From Octopus bimaculoides (lineage: Eukaryota), in assembly GCF_001194135.2 (NCBI RefSeq), contig NC_068990.1:81349855-81413854 (forward strand): a DNA stretch of 64,000 nt, read 5' to 3'. A program made the position numbers and the translations under genes. The notes under the pieces were generated by a model. The model was not told the DNA's origin, ran no database searches, and worked only from the letters and a program-made list of their open reading frames with translations. The number at the start of each line of letters is the position of its first letter. Position 1 is the first letter of the stretch. This document shows positions 51,291 to 64,000 of this stretch, in pieces.

Positions 51291-53010
51291 ATTTCTGAAT
51301 GCCAACCTCAATGTTGCTCATCATTTAGATTTTATCTTCCTAGTCTCCCTGGGGTCAGTAATCAATGATACTAATGAAATTCGTCGTTCAACTGACGAAT
51401 GAGGTATCTGTACCTGTTTGTTTGATCATTTAGAAATAGAAGCCAAATCACCTTAAAATCAAGCTTTATCATTGTAAGAGAAAAAACAAAACAATAAAGG
51501 TAGGATAAGTCTGAAATAAAACGAAAAGATTGTATGGTTATGGCAAGGATGACGTCTATTAATCTAATTTCACTTGGAAGTTGATTTGGAGTTAAACGAT
51601 AACAAGTAGAATTGATTAAATCCTTGATAGTCCTATTCAGCTAAACATGTGCTCTTGTGATAATATACCACGAACTCGTTAATTAATTACTTATTGATAC
51701 ACGGATTACTTATTACTTATTGTCACGGAAGCGTTTAAGACACAAGACCTGAAACTTGAGAGAAGATTATACTCGATTACGATCGACCGCCACCCCCCAC
51801 CCCCACCACCATCAGTTCCTGACTGATTATGTTATCGACCTCAGAAGAATAAAATACAAAGCTGACCATAGCAGGATTCGAAATCAGAACATAAAGATGA
51901 GTAAATGAATATGTCGTAAGACATTATATCAGACGTTCTACTAATACTCTCATTCCACCTCGCTGGCGTTTTAGAGATTCTGCTGATCACGTAAGATACC
52001 AAAAATATTTCCAAATTTTCAATGAGTGTGAATAAAATCTACAACAGAAATACTTGTCTACACAATACTTTTACAGCTTCTTCAAATCACTGAGAATGGT
52101 ATTTCTAATACTGGAGTTAAAATGCTAAAAATTCTGTAATTATTGTTCTTACTGTTGTTCACGATGGCTGTTTTTAGTGGTTTTGTGATTCAACATAAAA
52201 GTGCGTACGTGTAAACCGAGAGGAAGCTGAAGAAATGAAACCAGGTCATGAGAGAAAATTTTTGTCATAAATCATGCAAACACGCGCACACACACGCAGA
52301 TTATATCTTGTATCTAAGCTGAAGCACACATATTAATTTTTATACATATACTCACTCATATATACGGGTACCTATGTGTGTATCTGTGTTTGTGCGTGTG
52401 CGCGTTTGTGAGTTTCTGCTGATGTATGTACTAAATAAATAAACAGTTTATATGGTGAAGGGTAAAAATTGTGTGAAAATATATTTCAAAAGATAGGCTG
52501 TCCCTTAAAGTAAAGGTGAGGGTCAGAGACTTAAGACTTGTGTGCAAAAAAATATAGAATTGATAATAATAATAATTGTTATTATTATTTCTTTTATTAA
52601 CCACAAGGAAATAAATGTGGGGAGACATCACAAGGACAGTCTACAATTTGTGTGGGTTGGGTTTACATAAGATGTGAAAGGAAAAGGATGAGACGGTGAA
52701 TTGAGATAAAAGTATAAGTAGTATACAAATGTTGTGAAAACATGAATTTGCAGCCCTCTTGATACAGGAAAAAAATGACTAGAATCAGCCAAGGAACACC
52801 ACAGATCCAGGATTATTCCAATTACCAAAGGCATGAGCCTTCTCTCAACTGTTGTTCTCTAATCTATAGGCGCATGTTCAGAGTAGGTCCATACACCTTA
52901 CCCATTTGTGTTCAGTCACCCAACTTTTGACAACATCACTAGGAGGTAACACTTCCCTCTCCACCCTGATTTTCCTTTCCAAGTGGAACGAAAAATGTCG
53001 ATAACGATTT

Positions 53011-53510
53011 TACAGCAGAGGAACAGGCATTGAGGACTAACTGGATAAACGCTAAGACAGACAAAAGTCAGATAGATTCCCATTGTAGGTTATGTAAATT
53101 ACAGGAAGAAAGTATTACTCATATAGTTGGTGAGTGTAGTATGCTGTCACAAAAAGAACACAAGGAAAGATATGACTACCAAGGGAGAATAATCCACTGG
53201 AAAATATGTAGAAAGCTAGGATTTAACCATACTAATAAGTAGTATGAATATGGATCTAGTAAAGTCCTAGAAAATGAGAAGTATAAGATGTGGAATTTTA
53301 AAACTCAGATAGGTAGAGTAATAGAACCTAAAAGGCCTAAATTAGTAGTAGCACACAAGGGAAATAGAAAGCGCCAAATTACTGACTTTATGAAGCAGAA
53401 ACATATAGGAGGAAAAGGAATTTCATATGAACAGCTCTGGTAATGATCAACAAGAGATCTGTGAAAAACTGAGGTAAAAGCTGACGGAAGCATTGACCTT
53501 AGAGCCATTT
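53011..53510 (+). mobile_element. R4/Dong-clade (RLE-type) LINE 3' fragment: CCHC zinc knuckle plus restriction-like endonuclease
   Basis: AEEQALRTNWINAK..CRLCKLQEESITHIVGECSML, then *YEY..KVLENEKYKMWNFKTQIGRVIEPKRPKLVV (WDF/RPD-type motifs). Confidence 0.9.
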
Positions 53511-53599
53511 AATTTGAAGATTGTAGATCGAACTTAGATTAAAGGAAGAACATCAAAAGTAAACGAGAGAAATCGATAAGATTATCTGCTAGAACATTA

Positions 53600-54120
53600 G
53601 AGATATAAACAATCCCCATACATAGTCATCCATGGGATTATAATCGGGGGAATTAGGAGACCATAAATTAGGGTTGATGAAGTCGGAGAGATTCTCTTTG
53701 GAGAAGTATGACAAGCAGTCGAATCTTAGTGCCACACATATGGCCCCACCAGCGGCAAATCTCTCTAGCCGGGAATTTACCACGGTTCCCAGGAGCTTCA
53801 CATAGCCGTCTGAATTGAGCTTTAAGGCCCTGTTTAAAGATGTGAAATTAAACTCCGGCGTGTGGACGCCTCCTGGTCACAGCTCCCAAATTTCCGTTGC
53901 AGCTGTCTATGTCACGTCCTACAGCTTCCACAGTGTTCACAATGCATTGAACATCAGTCACAATGTCGGCATTTCGATACCCGGTGCGAATCATGATGAT
54001 GTAGACACCTCTTCTCCAATATTTAGATGTCTTCCAGTCCTGCATGCCAGCTAACTTTCATCAACTACAACTTTAATAGTTATGCTCTACAACGTTGTTG
54101 ACTGTTCAACGATACATCAA
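53600..54120 (-). mobile_element. Second DD37D (maT) mariner remnant, internally deleted
   Basis: Minus strand reads an N-terminal segment KYWRRGVYIIMIRTGYRNADIV and the catalytic segment ENLSDFINPNLWSPNSPDYNPMDDYVWG. Confidence 0.85.
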
Positions 54121-54177
54121 GCTATCCCTGAAAAATGAGACATAAAATTGTCAAATTTAGTTCGAGCACCCTGTCCA

Positions 54178-54260
54178 TCGATCCATCCATCGATCCATCC
54201 ATCGATCCATCCATCCATCTATCCATCCATCCATCCATCCATCCATCCATCCATCCATCC

Positions 54261-54295
<35 letters not shown>

Positions 54296-54310
54296 AAGAG
54301 AGAGACAGAG
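54178..54310. repeat. (TCCA/TCGA)n, (TA)n and (GA)n compound microsatellite
   Basis: Direct reading. Confidence 0.95.
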
Positions 54311-54675
54311 AGAGAGAAAGGTAGAAGGAGAGAAAGAAATAATATGTAAGTATAGGTATATATACATGTGTGTGTGTATGTGTGCAGGATATTCTCAGGA
54401 ATTACCGTCGTATACTTGTTTATATAGAATGCGCGAACAACTTGACATTAATATCATCGCTCCATTTTCAAAAGAGGACTACAAAAGAATCGAAACGCTA
54501 ATAAATCATTGTTCCAAACAAAAAATATAATGAACTAAGAAAGAAGTGGGAAAAATATTTTATTAAAAGATCAAACTTGAAGATAGTTGTTTTTTTTTAC
54601 TATGTGTCAAAGGAAAACTACACGTACACTCACTTATACAAGCACGATCACATTTATATGCGCTAAGCGAAAGCA

Positions 54676-55895
54676 TTCTCTTTCTATGATTATTCATGAT
54701 CATTTTTTTGTTCATTAATTAGTCTTTCGTTTATTAATTGGTCTTTCGTTGGTATGTTTTTTTTTCTTCTTTTTGACAGACTTTTTTGTTCATCAGAAAT
54801 TAATTGTTTCTCGTTGAAATTAGGTATAAGTCTTCTGCAATAATTTCTATAAAGAATTTTCACAAATGTGTAAGACAAGTAATTCGTTGATAATTTGAGG
54901 CAACGCTCCTTCCAATCTGTCTTTTAGCATCACTCAAATTCTTCCTTTAATTATCCACTGTGGTAATATCCACTCATTTACCCATAAGATTATGCTTCCA
55001 CGGTGACCTGTAAAAGTTTTCAACTAGTAACTTCGGACAAGATGTGATGCAGCTGTTTTCTACTTTTCTACCTTTAAAACATTTTTCTTGAATGCTTGCT
55101 TTTCTTAAGATAAATCTTTCCGAGATTCAGCATAGTTTTCTATTTGTTTTACCCCTCCCCTGTCCAAGTATTTTGCATTCGACCTTTTGTTGTCATTTCC
55201 CTCACAAATGTCGAATAAATGCTTCTCGTTAGATTAATAAAGATGATTTTGCTGATACGGATTGCTTCGTTTTTTGTACATTATAATTCAAGGCTTTACT
55301 TTTAGTCGCTGTTTAAGTTTTCGATCCTTCTCTCAGTTTTTTCCTTTTTGTTAAGTTATACATCTTCATGTGAGGGAAATGACGACAAAAGGTCGAATGC
55401 AAAATACTTGAGCGGGGGGGGGGGGTAAAACAAATAGAAAACTATGTTGAATCTCGGAAAGATTTACCTTAAGAAAAGCAAGCATTCAAGAAAAATGTTT
55501 TAAAGGTAGAAAAGTAGAAAACAGCTGCATCACATCTTGTCCGAAGTTACTAGTTGAAAACTTTTACAGGTCACCGTGAAAGCATAATCTTATGGGTAAA
55601 TGAGTGGATATTACCACAGTGGATAATTAAAGGAAGAATTTGAGTGATGCTAAAAGACAGATTGGAAGGAGCGTTGCCTCAAATTATCAACGAATTACTT
55701 GTCTTACACATTTGTGAAAATTCTTTATAGAAAAAATTGCAGAAGACTTAATACCAAATTTCAACGAGAAACAATTAACGTCTGATGAGCAAAAAAAGTC
55801 TGTCAAAAAAATACAAATCAACGAAAGACCAATTAATAAATGAAAGATTAATTAACGAACAAAAAAAATGATCATGAATAATCGTAGAAAGAGAA
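54676..55895. mobile_element. R4/Dong RT fragment (minus, 54676-55368) plus its inverted duplicate (plus, 55369-55895)
   Basis: The arms translate SY*LKTFTGH..LPQWIIKGRI*VMLKD..ASNYQRITCLTHL*KF (Dong consensus GYWLK..PEWMTKGRTVL..SNYRPITCL..WK). The spacer reads YQQNHLY*SNEKH on the minus strand. Confidence 0.88.
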
Positions 55896-56525
55896 AGATA
55901 CTGAGTGGATGTGTTCTTTTTGCTGTGTTTGCATCTCCAGCTAATTGAATAAAACTTAACATAATGATCGATGTTCAATTTGGATTTTGATGACGTTAAA
56001 TGTTAACAAACCCAAAACTTCTCTCTCTTTTCTCACATTGCTGTTGATATTCAAGATGGGCATGTGAAAAATCAGGCTCCCCAGTCTCGACCTTACAAGA
56101 ATATATCCCAATTCTTTTCTCCTCTGCCTTATTTATTAAAGAAATGTACAAATTAGAATATATGCTGTAACTTAATTTGTGAGAACTAACGTTCTATCTA
56201 GATCCTTCAAACAGATTTGAGTAATTAATTCATTTTCATTGGGTAATGATTTTCTTCGAAACATAACAGGAAGCTGAAAGTTCTCATCATTGGTGGATAG
56301 ATTTCTCTCGATAACTATCATAACTGATATACAAGTACAAAACAAAGCTTTGCAATGCGCCCATGTTTAATATAGTGCATTACTTTAATTTGCTGACAGA
56401 GAGAAAAAAAGCAACAATCACGTGTCCTTGAGTTTTGTTCAGAATGTAATGTCACACCCGAGTTGTGTATGGAAGACTTGAATATCAATTCCAAACATTT
56501 GTAGTACAATAATATTTAGTTTATA

Positions 56526-56754
56526 GGGCGGCGAGCTGGCAGAATCGTTAGCACACAGACCGAAATGATTATCGGTATTTCGTCTGCCGTTACGTTCTGA
56601 GTTCAATTTTCGCCGAGGTCGGCTTTGCCTTTTATCCTTTCGGGGTCGATTAAATAAGTACCAGTTACGCACTGGGGTCGATGTAATCGATTTAATCCGT
56701 TTGTCTGTCGTTGTTTGTCCCCTCTACGTTTAGCCCCTTGTTGGCAATAAAGAA
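56526..56754 (+). mobile_element. SINE family B monomer with about 15-bp TSD
   Basis: Head gggcggcgagctggcagaatcg; TSD aataatatttagttta (56508-23) versus aataatatttattta (56758-72). Confidence 0.9.
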
Positions 56755-57276
56755 GTAAATAATATTTATTTAAAATAGCAGAAGATCTGATGTTTAAAAT
56801 TAGCGACTAGCAGTTAAGGTTTATCATGTTTATAAGAAACATTTCCACAAAATGAAATGCAGTCTAGTGATGTTCATGCCGCTCCTAAGACATTATTGGT
56901 TGATAATTCTTTATCCAAATTGTTTCAGGCTCCAAAATGATTGAAAATTTGCATTTTTAAAACAGGACAGTTTTGGGATGGGACCCTGGCCTAAATACTT
57001 CATCAATTTCTATTATTGCAGAGACTGTGCTGTGGTGGTAATTATATCCAAATGCTATATGCTGTACAATTAACTGTGAAGTTTTCATAATAAATTTTAA
57101 GCGTATTTGGATATATTCGTGTACATAAATGCTCACACACTCAAACATATGCGCGCGCACACAGAGGTAAGGACACAAGCCAAATTTAAATGATCTTTCA
57201 AGTCACATGTGAATCATTAACAGTGGTTTATGTCCTAACAGTCTCTCTTTAATTTTATATACTGCCAAGATCATCA

Positions 57277-57310
57277 CCCGCGATCCCTCGACTACGAGTC
57301 CGCTACTTTA
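57277..57310 (-). mobile_element. tRNA(Arg)-like SINE head fragment
   Basis: Reverse complement taaagtagcggactcgtagtcgagggatcgcggg matches 2521-2555. Confidence 0.6.
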
Positions 57311-57604
57311 ATCGTTAATGCCTCCACTTATTTTCATAATATTTAGGCATATCCTCGGGATGACTCCTGTATGAAAAACATGAAGCTAAGTACATACCAA
57401 AATTCTTAAATACAGTGAACAAAAGAAAAAGTTTTAATGAATATTCAATACACTCGTCATGAGATGTGAATTGATTAAAGTTAATGATTATTCTTGTAAA
57501 AAGATAGTCAAGGAAGAGAAGTTCAAAATTCGATATCGTTAAGGTTTGAGAAAAAAAATGATAATTCAACCAGTTATATAAAAAAAATATTCATAAATCT
57601 AAAG

Positions 57605-57680
57605 TTGAGTTCGAACTCTAGAACTGGCAGTGGCGAGTTGCTTCAGTGGAAGTGAGCCATTTCCTTAGTCATTCGACCAA
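57605..57680 (-). other. Degenerate tRNA(Ser/Leu)-like sequence (pseudo-tRNA or SINE head)
   Basis: Minus strand has an A-box-like tggtcgaatgactaagg and a B-box gagttcgaactc with long spacing; no intact cloverleaf. Confidence 0.3.
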
Positions 57681-58357
57681 CTTCAAACTAGAAGCAGAAA
57701 CAAATTTTTTCTCAAAGAAGGATTTAAAAAATTTTTTTTATAGGGTTTTCAGATAAAGTTGACTTGGGACAAAAACAACAGCGGAAAAGAAAATTACTGC
57801 TGGTAACGGATCCACCTAAAAGTTTCAGATAAATGACATATTTTTCACTAAATATTATCAAATTCCAAGGTCAACGACTTGGTTGAAACGTAGAACGTCA
57901 GTGTAAATTCTTTGAAAGATATTTTTTTATGTTCTTCAGTTTTTGGGTTACAATGTTATTATATTTCACTTCATCTTTCCTCCATCTGGAGTTAGTATAA
58001 TATAACCATTCTGTCCTTTTATTTAAGGCATAGTATATATGTGCTTACTTTTTCAAAACAGTAAATTGTGATTTATGATTCTCGTAGTACATACATATAC
58101 GCAGTTTGATTCAAATTCCTTACAAGTCTATGTATTAATCCGCGCGTTTACACACACACACATACACACACACATACGCACGCATATATTGTTACAAAAT
58201 TTATATATAATTTCAATTTGCTATAGTGATGTAAATAGATTTGAGATGGCACTTGAAGTCTCAGTCAACACGAACATTATGATACATATGAGTCTCCTCT
58301 CAGTTCTGAGGCACCGTGTTAGTGTTTCGTTATTATTTCCAAATCGCTTTAAAATAA

Positions 58358-58553
58358 CCCTTTTTACTATAGGCCTGAAATATGAGGTCGTTTATATCGA
58401 CCCAAGTACTCCACTGGTATTTAAGTTATCGACCACAAAAGGATGAAAGGCAAAGTCGATCTCGGTGGAATTTGAACTCAGAACATAAAGACGGACGAAA
58501 TACCACTAAGCGTTTTGCCTAGCGTGCTAACGATTCTGCCAGCTCGCCACCTT
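58358..58553 (-). mobile_element. SINE family B monomer with 17-18 bp TSD
   Basis: TSD aaatcgctttaaaataa (58341-57) versus aaatcacttttaaaataa (58554-71). Confidence 0.9.
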
Positions 58554-59516
58554 AAATCACTTTTAAAATAATAAACTCAGTTTAACACTCTGTTGTGAAT
58601 ACTTTTTGATGTATATAGTATATATTGTTTTTAACTCAAGTCACTTTGAGAAGCTTGTCTGAGACAAAACATAACAGCTGGTGCTGTTCTTTCCGAGTCT
58701 GTACACATGTTATAATTATAAATACACACAGATATTCTAGTTTAATGTTTGACTGTTTTAAGTGCATAATACCGCTATCAAAAGAGAATACTCATTTTCC
58801 AGAAAATGACCCAACATAACGAATCAATCGTACAAGTCTAAAGGAAATAAATCAGAAGAAATAGAAAGAAACATTCCTAGTCGTGTCTCTATGCACAGCA
58901 CATTCAAGTGATTTAGAACTTGAGGCTCAGCTACAGACTTGCTTAGTTCTAAAAGGCTAAAGTTTCGGTGAAATGCAACCACCTGCTACCATTCATTTTG
59001 AATAAAAAGACGTTTATTTCATGTTCTTGAAAATGTTTTAGAAACAGATATGTAAAAAAAAAATAATAATGTTCTTGAACATTATTCTATAGAAAGATGG
59101 TGCACCTCTACATAGAGTATCATTACACGGTAATTCCTTAATGCACAATTTCCCAAATATTGGTAGAGATAGACCTGTCTTTTGGTTATCTAGACGATCA
59201 TATCTCACTCGGTTGGATATCTTTTGAAGGTCTAGGTCTATCTGCGTGATCAGGTTTACAGGACTGCGATCATAGACTTTGACTATGTAAGGTGAAGAAC
59301 TGAAAATGTAAAAACTCGAAGCACAACGCTTTTGATGGCTTCCGCTAAAAAAAAATAAAGGTTTGTTGCATATTGAGCATGGTGATGGGCATTTTAAATA
59401 CTTGGCTAAAAGAATAAGATTAACTGATAATTAGAAGAAACACTGGCTTTTAATTAGGCCATTTATTCATAGTTGGGTTAAATAGCATTAAGATATTAGA
59501 AGACTTTTGAATTGTC

Positions 59517-59584
<68 letters not shown>

Positions 59585-60847
59585 TATGGACCACTCATGT
59601 TCAATGTATGTTTGTTCACTGATTCGCTGCGGTATAACGCTTGAGGAACGAATCGAATCACCAGTCAAGGATTAGATATAATGTAAGAATCATTTGCTGG
59701 TATTCCACAGCGATGCATACCTAACATTCGTCCCCAGTTCGATTCAGCTACATGATGGTGATATGCCACAAAAATGGTGAAATATCGGTATCAATCACTC
59801 CTACATTCGATCGGAGGCGATTTGTCTCGTCTGTCTATGACCTCCAGGACTTTTCACCAAATCAGTTGAAAGAATTACTGTAGCATCAAAGATATTACTT
59901 GAATCATTTTGTGACCCGATACCTATTAGTATAACGTCCGGTTAATTTTTCTGAGCTGGCAATCCTACTTTCATTTTCTCCTGTTCTAGATTTTACGATT
60001 GCTTACATTACCGCTTCCTCATTTTGGGATGGGATCCGAGTGTACCATATCTGATTACTTAATAAAATAATTTTGCTTACAGAATATCATTTTCGACAAC
60101 TGGGGGTTAAAGAATAAAAATACATACACAAACAAACGCACCAGTAATCGCTCGACCTCCTTAGAAAACAGAAGCCAAATAACTCTCACCACACCCTGCC
60201 CTCTTAAACACAACGCTGCATAATGTGGTTCTGTTACATCTTTCTTTTCCCAAGACCTTTTTACACACACTCACACATACATACACATATGCATATATAT
60301 TCGCACATATGGGCGTATATCGTTTATATTTTCTTTCTAATAATTCGAGTTCGAAACCGTATGTGAAACATATTTTTTTATAATTTGCGATGGTCATAGT
60401 GCTAACAAATACAGGCACTGTTTATCTCTCACTTCACCTTCGCCGTTAACTAATTTGTTATGAATTCTTCATCAAACTACTGTACACTTTTCAATGATTT
60501 CAAATTTTCTAATTGATTTTCTTTTGGAAATTATGTTGTCAAGTGTCAACCATGTGACGTCAAAAATATGAATATATTATTTGCTTCTGATTTGTTTTCG
60601 TTGTGACTCTTTGTGTTTTTAATTTCGTTTGCCTTTTTTTTGTTTTTTTTGTTCTGAAATTAGAATTTGTATATGTCGGTGTGTATAGTGTGTTCGGCGG
60701 TGTCCGTATAAGTGGCTGTAATAATCTTGTTACTCGACTCATTCTACTTTTGAGGATGTGGTTGAGCCCACAATCTGCTTCCAATGTCTACCACTTCTCG
60801 TAGAAGAGGAACTTTCTCGGTTGTGTAAGAAGAATCTATATTTCAAC

Positions 60848-61007
60848 CACTAGCGTAGCTAGTGTATGTCGTCCGGGATGGTCCTTTAGTTAGCTGGCCC
60901 CTCACAAAAAATGCACATTACCTACAGCAGACCCAAAAGTGCTTCTGCCCCATAAAAGTGTGCCTAAGGCGGACGGCCGCCTCCTCCCCACTCTAGCTAC
61001 GCTAGTG
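60848..61007. mobile_element. hAT-type MITE, 160 bp
   Basis: Perfect 15-bp TIR cactagcgtagctag/ctagctacgctagtg; 8-bp TSD atttcaac/atttcatc. Confidence 0.88.
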
Positions 61008-61479
61008 ATTTCATCATAGTTTAAAAGTCCATTGTGTTTCTGTATAGCATGTTAGTAGAGCATGAATGGCTGGTTCTTTACATTATATTGAAGCCCGTGT
61101 TCTTCAACTGTCTCATCTATGCTGCGGAGCGTTTCTCCAACACAGATTACGCAAACGGCTCTACACTGCTTCCATACACATGTAGTACATTATTCCTAGT
61201 CTGCAGTCAACTGGTGGGTTGGTTGCACACATTCTGCATTTGTTGTCAGTGTACGGGGTTATCCTAAACCGGCATTATTCACTTTTAGTGATTTATACTT
61301 GTTTTATTTTTTTTCTATTATTTTGGTTTATTAAGTTTACTTCCGTGTATATTTATTTCTAAATTTACGGGTTAGTTCATTTCTGACGGTAACACCAATG
61401 AACCACGGACCTTGGCATATGTTTTTTGTCATGCTACAAGCCTTCGTTGTTTTGATACCTTCTCTTTCTTTCTCGCCTC

Positions 61480-61790
61480 ATCCAGAAGTTGTTCCGGATC
61501 ATGTGACACGCTTAATTTGTATCATTGCTGATGTATTTTGAACATTGCCGTAGCACCTTACTTGTATCTTGAGATTTGCTTGTGGTTAATGATATGCTAT
61601 ACGTGCTTTCTTCACACAATGAACACGTCTCCTATCACTTTTATTAGATCTGCTATCAGAATGTTATCGATGCCACAGAACTCCGGACGAATGGGTGCTT
61701 TAATGTCCTTAGGTTCCGCATAATAGAAGAGGAGAAGTTGTTTCTCAACGCCTATTAATTCTGGTTATAGTTTGAAATCCAGAAAAAGTA
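61480..61790 (-). mobile_element. Possible highly degenerate R4/Dong-type endonuclease remnant
   Basis: Minus-strand pieces FYYAEPKDI, VLWHR*HSD..NKSD and SKY resemble the PYYxYxP, LWD..NRPD and KY motifs across frameshifts. Confidence 0.3.
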
Positions 61791-62010
61791 GTCTTTTTCT
61801 GAAAAGAGACAGGTAGTGGAAAATATCTTCAAATTGCTTTACTGGAGAATATTATAACGGTATGTATGCATGTATGAGTGTGTATGCATGTACGTATGGA
61901 CGTATGTATGTACGTTTGTATGTACGTCTGTACGTATGTATGCATGTATATGTATATAGATATATACACATATATATATAGATACATATGCATATATGTC
62001 TGTTTGCTTG

Positions 62011-62087
<77 letters not shown>

Positions 62088-62890
62088 NNNNNNNNNNNNN
62101 NNNNNNNNNNNNNNNNNNNNNNNNNNNNNNNNNNNNNNNNNNNNNNNNNNNNNNNNNNNNNNNNNNNNNNNNNNNNNNNNNNNNNNNNNNNNNNNNNNNN
62201 NNNNNNNNNNNNNNNNNNNNNNNNNNNNNNNNNNNNNNNNNNNNNNNNNNNNNNNNNNNNNNNNNNNNNNNNNNNNNNNNNNNNNNNNNNNNNNNNNNNN
62301 NNNNNNNNNNNNNNNNNNNNNNNNNNNNNNNNNNNNNNNNNNNNNNNNNNNNNNNNNNNNNNNNNNNNNNNNNNNNNNNNNNNNNNNNNNNNNNNNNNNN
62401 NNNNNNNNNNNNNNNNNNNNNNNNNNNNNNNNNNNNNNNNNNNNNNNNNNNNNNNNNNNNNNNNNNNNNNNNNNNNNNNNNNNNNNNNNNNNNNNNNNNN
62501 NNNNNNNNNNNNNNNNNNNNNNNNNNNNNNNNNNNNNNNNNNNNNNNNNNNNNNNNNNNNNNNNNNNNNNNNNNNNNNNNNNNNNNNNNNNNNNNNNNNN
62601 NNNNNNNNNNNNNNNNNNNNNNNNNNNNNNNNNNNNNNNNNNNNNNNNNNNNNNNNNNNNNNNNNNNNNNNNNNNNNNNNNNNNNNNNNNNNNNNNNNNN
62701 NNNNNNNNNNNNNNNNNNNNNNNNNNNNNNNNNNNNNNNNNNNNNNTATATATACATATATATATACATATATATACATATATATACACACATATATACA
62801 TATTTGTATACATATACACATACATATATACATATATATATTATATATATACATATATAAATATATATATGCATATATACATATGCATAC

Positions 62891-62929
<39 letters not shown>

Positions 62930-62978
62930 CACACACATATATATATGCATATATATATATGTACATATATACGTGTGC

Positions 62979-63018
<40 letters not shown>

Positions 63019-63032
63019 ATATATATATATGA

Positions 63033-63210
63033 GAGCCCGCAGCTATTGAATGCCTTGCCAAAACATCTAGAGATCTTCATGGAGTCGAGGTAGATGTTTT
63101 CAAGAAACGACTTGATCTCCTGCTGTCCAAGGTCTCAAATGAACCTACATCATGGCAAAAACCTGAAAAGAGGGCAGCAGAGTCCAACTGTAGCCTTCAC
63201 CAATAGCCAA
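63033..63210 (+). mobile_element. CR1/L2-type LINE 3' end
   Basis: [11 protein letters not shown] then (frameshift) [30 protein letters not shown], the conserved LFNxLP...FKxxLDxFLxxVPDEP end. Confidence 0.85.
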
Positions 63211-63244
63211 TGGCATGAGAACAGCCGTTGAAAAATTGATTACA

Positions 63245-63300
63245 CTGGCGGTGCTCCAGCATGGCCACAGCCTTTGGGCTGAAACGTATAAAAGAAAAAA
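63245..63300 (+). mobile_element. SINE family A-type 3' tail fragment
   Basis: ggcggtgctccagcatggccacag...ctgaaac...aaaagaaaaaa. Confidence 0.7.
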
Positions 63301-63439
63301 AGATTATATATATAAATATATGTGTGTGTATGTATGCACATATGTGTATGTATATATGTATGTACATGCGTTTAATTTCGGGCAGAGTTTATTCTACGAG
63401 AAAGGAATTTTTCAGCAATTTTTCAATAACGTGCAAGTC

Positions 63440-63478
<39 letters not shown>

Positions 63479-64000
63479 CAAATAAGCATGCTGCAACGTA
63501 ATTCTAAAATAATATACATAATAAAATAAAACTACAGACGACCTTGTATAAATCATACGAAGAAAAGATGGAGGCGGGGCGAGGGAGTGGGGACGTGAAA
63601 ATTACTCGTCCATTTTCAATGAGATAACCAAGTACGGAATTCAAACAAGACTGCCAATCAATAGCCAAAAGGGAAGTATGCATCCAGCCAGAAAACGATA
63701 GGAACAGCTGAATAAAGAAATGACTGAATGAAAGTGAAAGAGAGAGAGAAAGAGAGTGGGGGGGGGACAGAGAAAGAGAAAGAAGGGGTAGGAGAAATTG
63801 ACGGGGAAAACGTGTGTGTCATAAAGTGTGCGAATCAGTATGTGAGAGAACGAAGCATTTATGGTAAGTGTACGGATAATTCACCAGAGTATGACATAAC
63901 GTAGTACACAAAGTCATACAACATGCATATACATATCTATAGATATACACACACACATACATACATACATACATATATACATACATATTTACAAAGACAC

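Noticed and set aside
52225-52250. CTGAAGA...GAAAC..GTC hammerhead-like string (similar partial hits near 38430 and 51100)
   Set aside because: Stem II and/or stem I cannot form, so these are chance matches.
56318-56509. GVTLH...RDCCF peptide resembling a piggyBac Cys-rich tail
   Set aside because: Most cysteines are missing and there is no transposase core or TTAA/TIR nearby.
59620-60050. Possible RTE endonuclease remnant on the minus strand
   Set aside because: Only vague motif echoes are present, and I could not stitch a convincing peptide.
61878-63093. Longest ORFs in the track (290-384 aa), and those at 26068, 27635, 34083 and 36659
   Set aside because: Their length comes from N gaps plus flanking SSRs.

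Overview
This is an AT-rich, microsatellite-saturated eukaryotic window with many N gaps, almost all next to (TA)n or (CA)n tracts. The SINE/MITE repertoire matches what I recall of octopus (coleoid cephalopod) genomes; the species assignment is inference. I can support no intact host protein-coding exon, so it looks intergenic or intronic, and most ORF-track entries are microsatellite or N artefacts. The content is layered mobile-element debris: three tRNA-type SINE families, and RTE, R4/Dong, CR1 and L1/Tx1 LINE remnants. DNA elements include DD37D (maT) mariner remnants, a hAT remnant, several MITEs and a Helentron-type HINE. Three things stand out. First, a fairly complete type I hammerhead ribozyme motif (33483-33590, minus) has a partner fragment that starts at its predicted cleavage site. 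Second, three further Penelope-type hammerhead-like motifs occur, two of them inside inverted repeats. Third, two long near-perfect palindromes (42004-42210 and 54676-55895) would form long dsRNA if transcribed.
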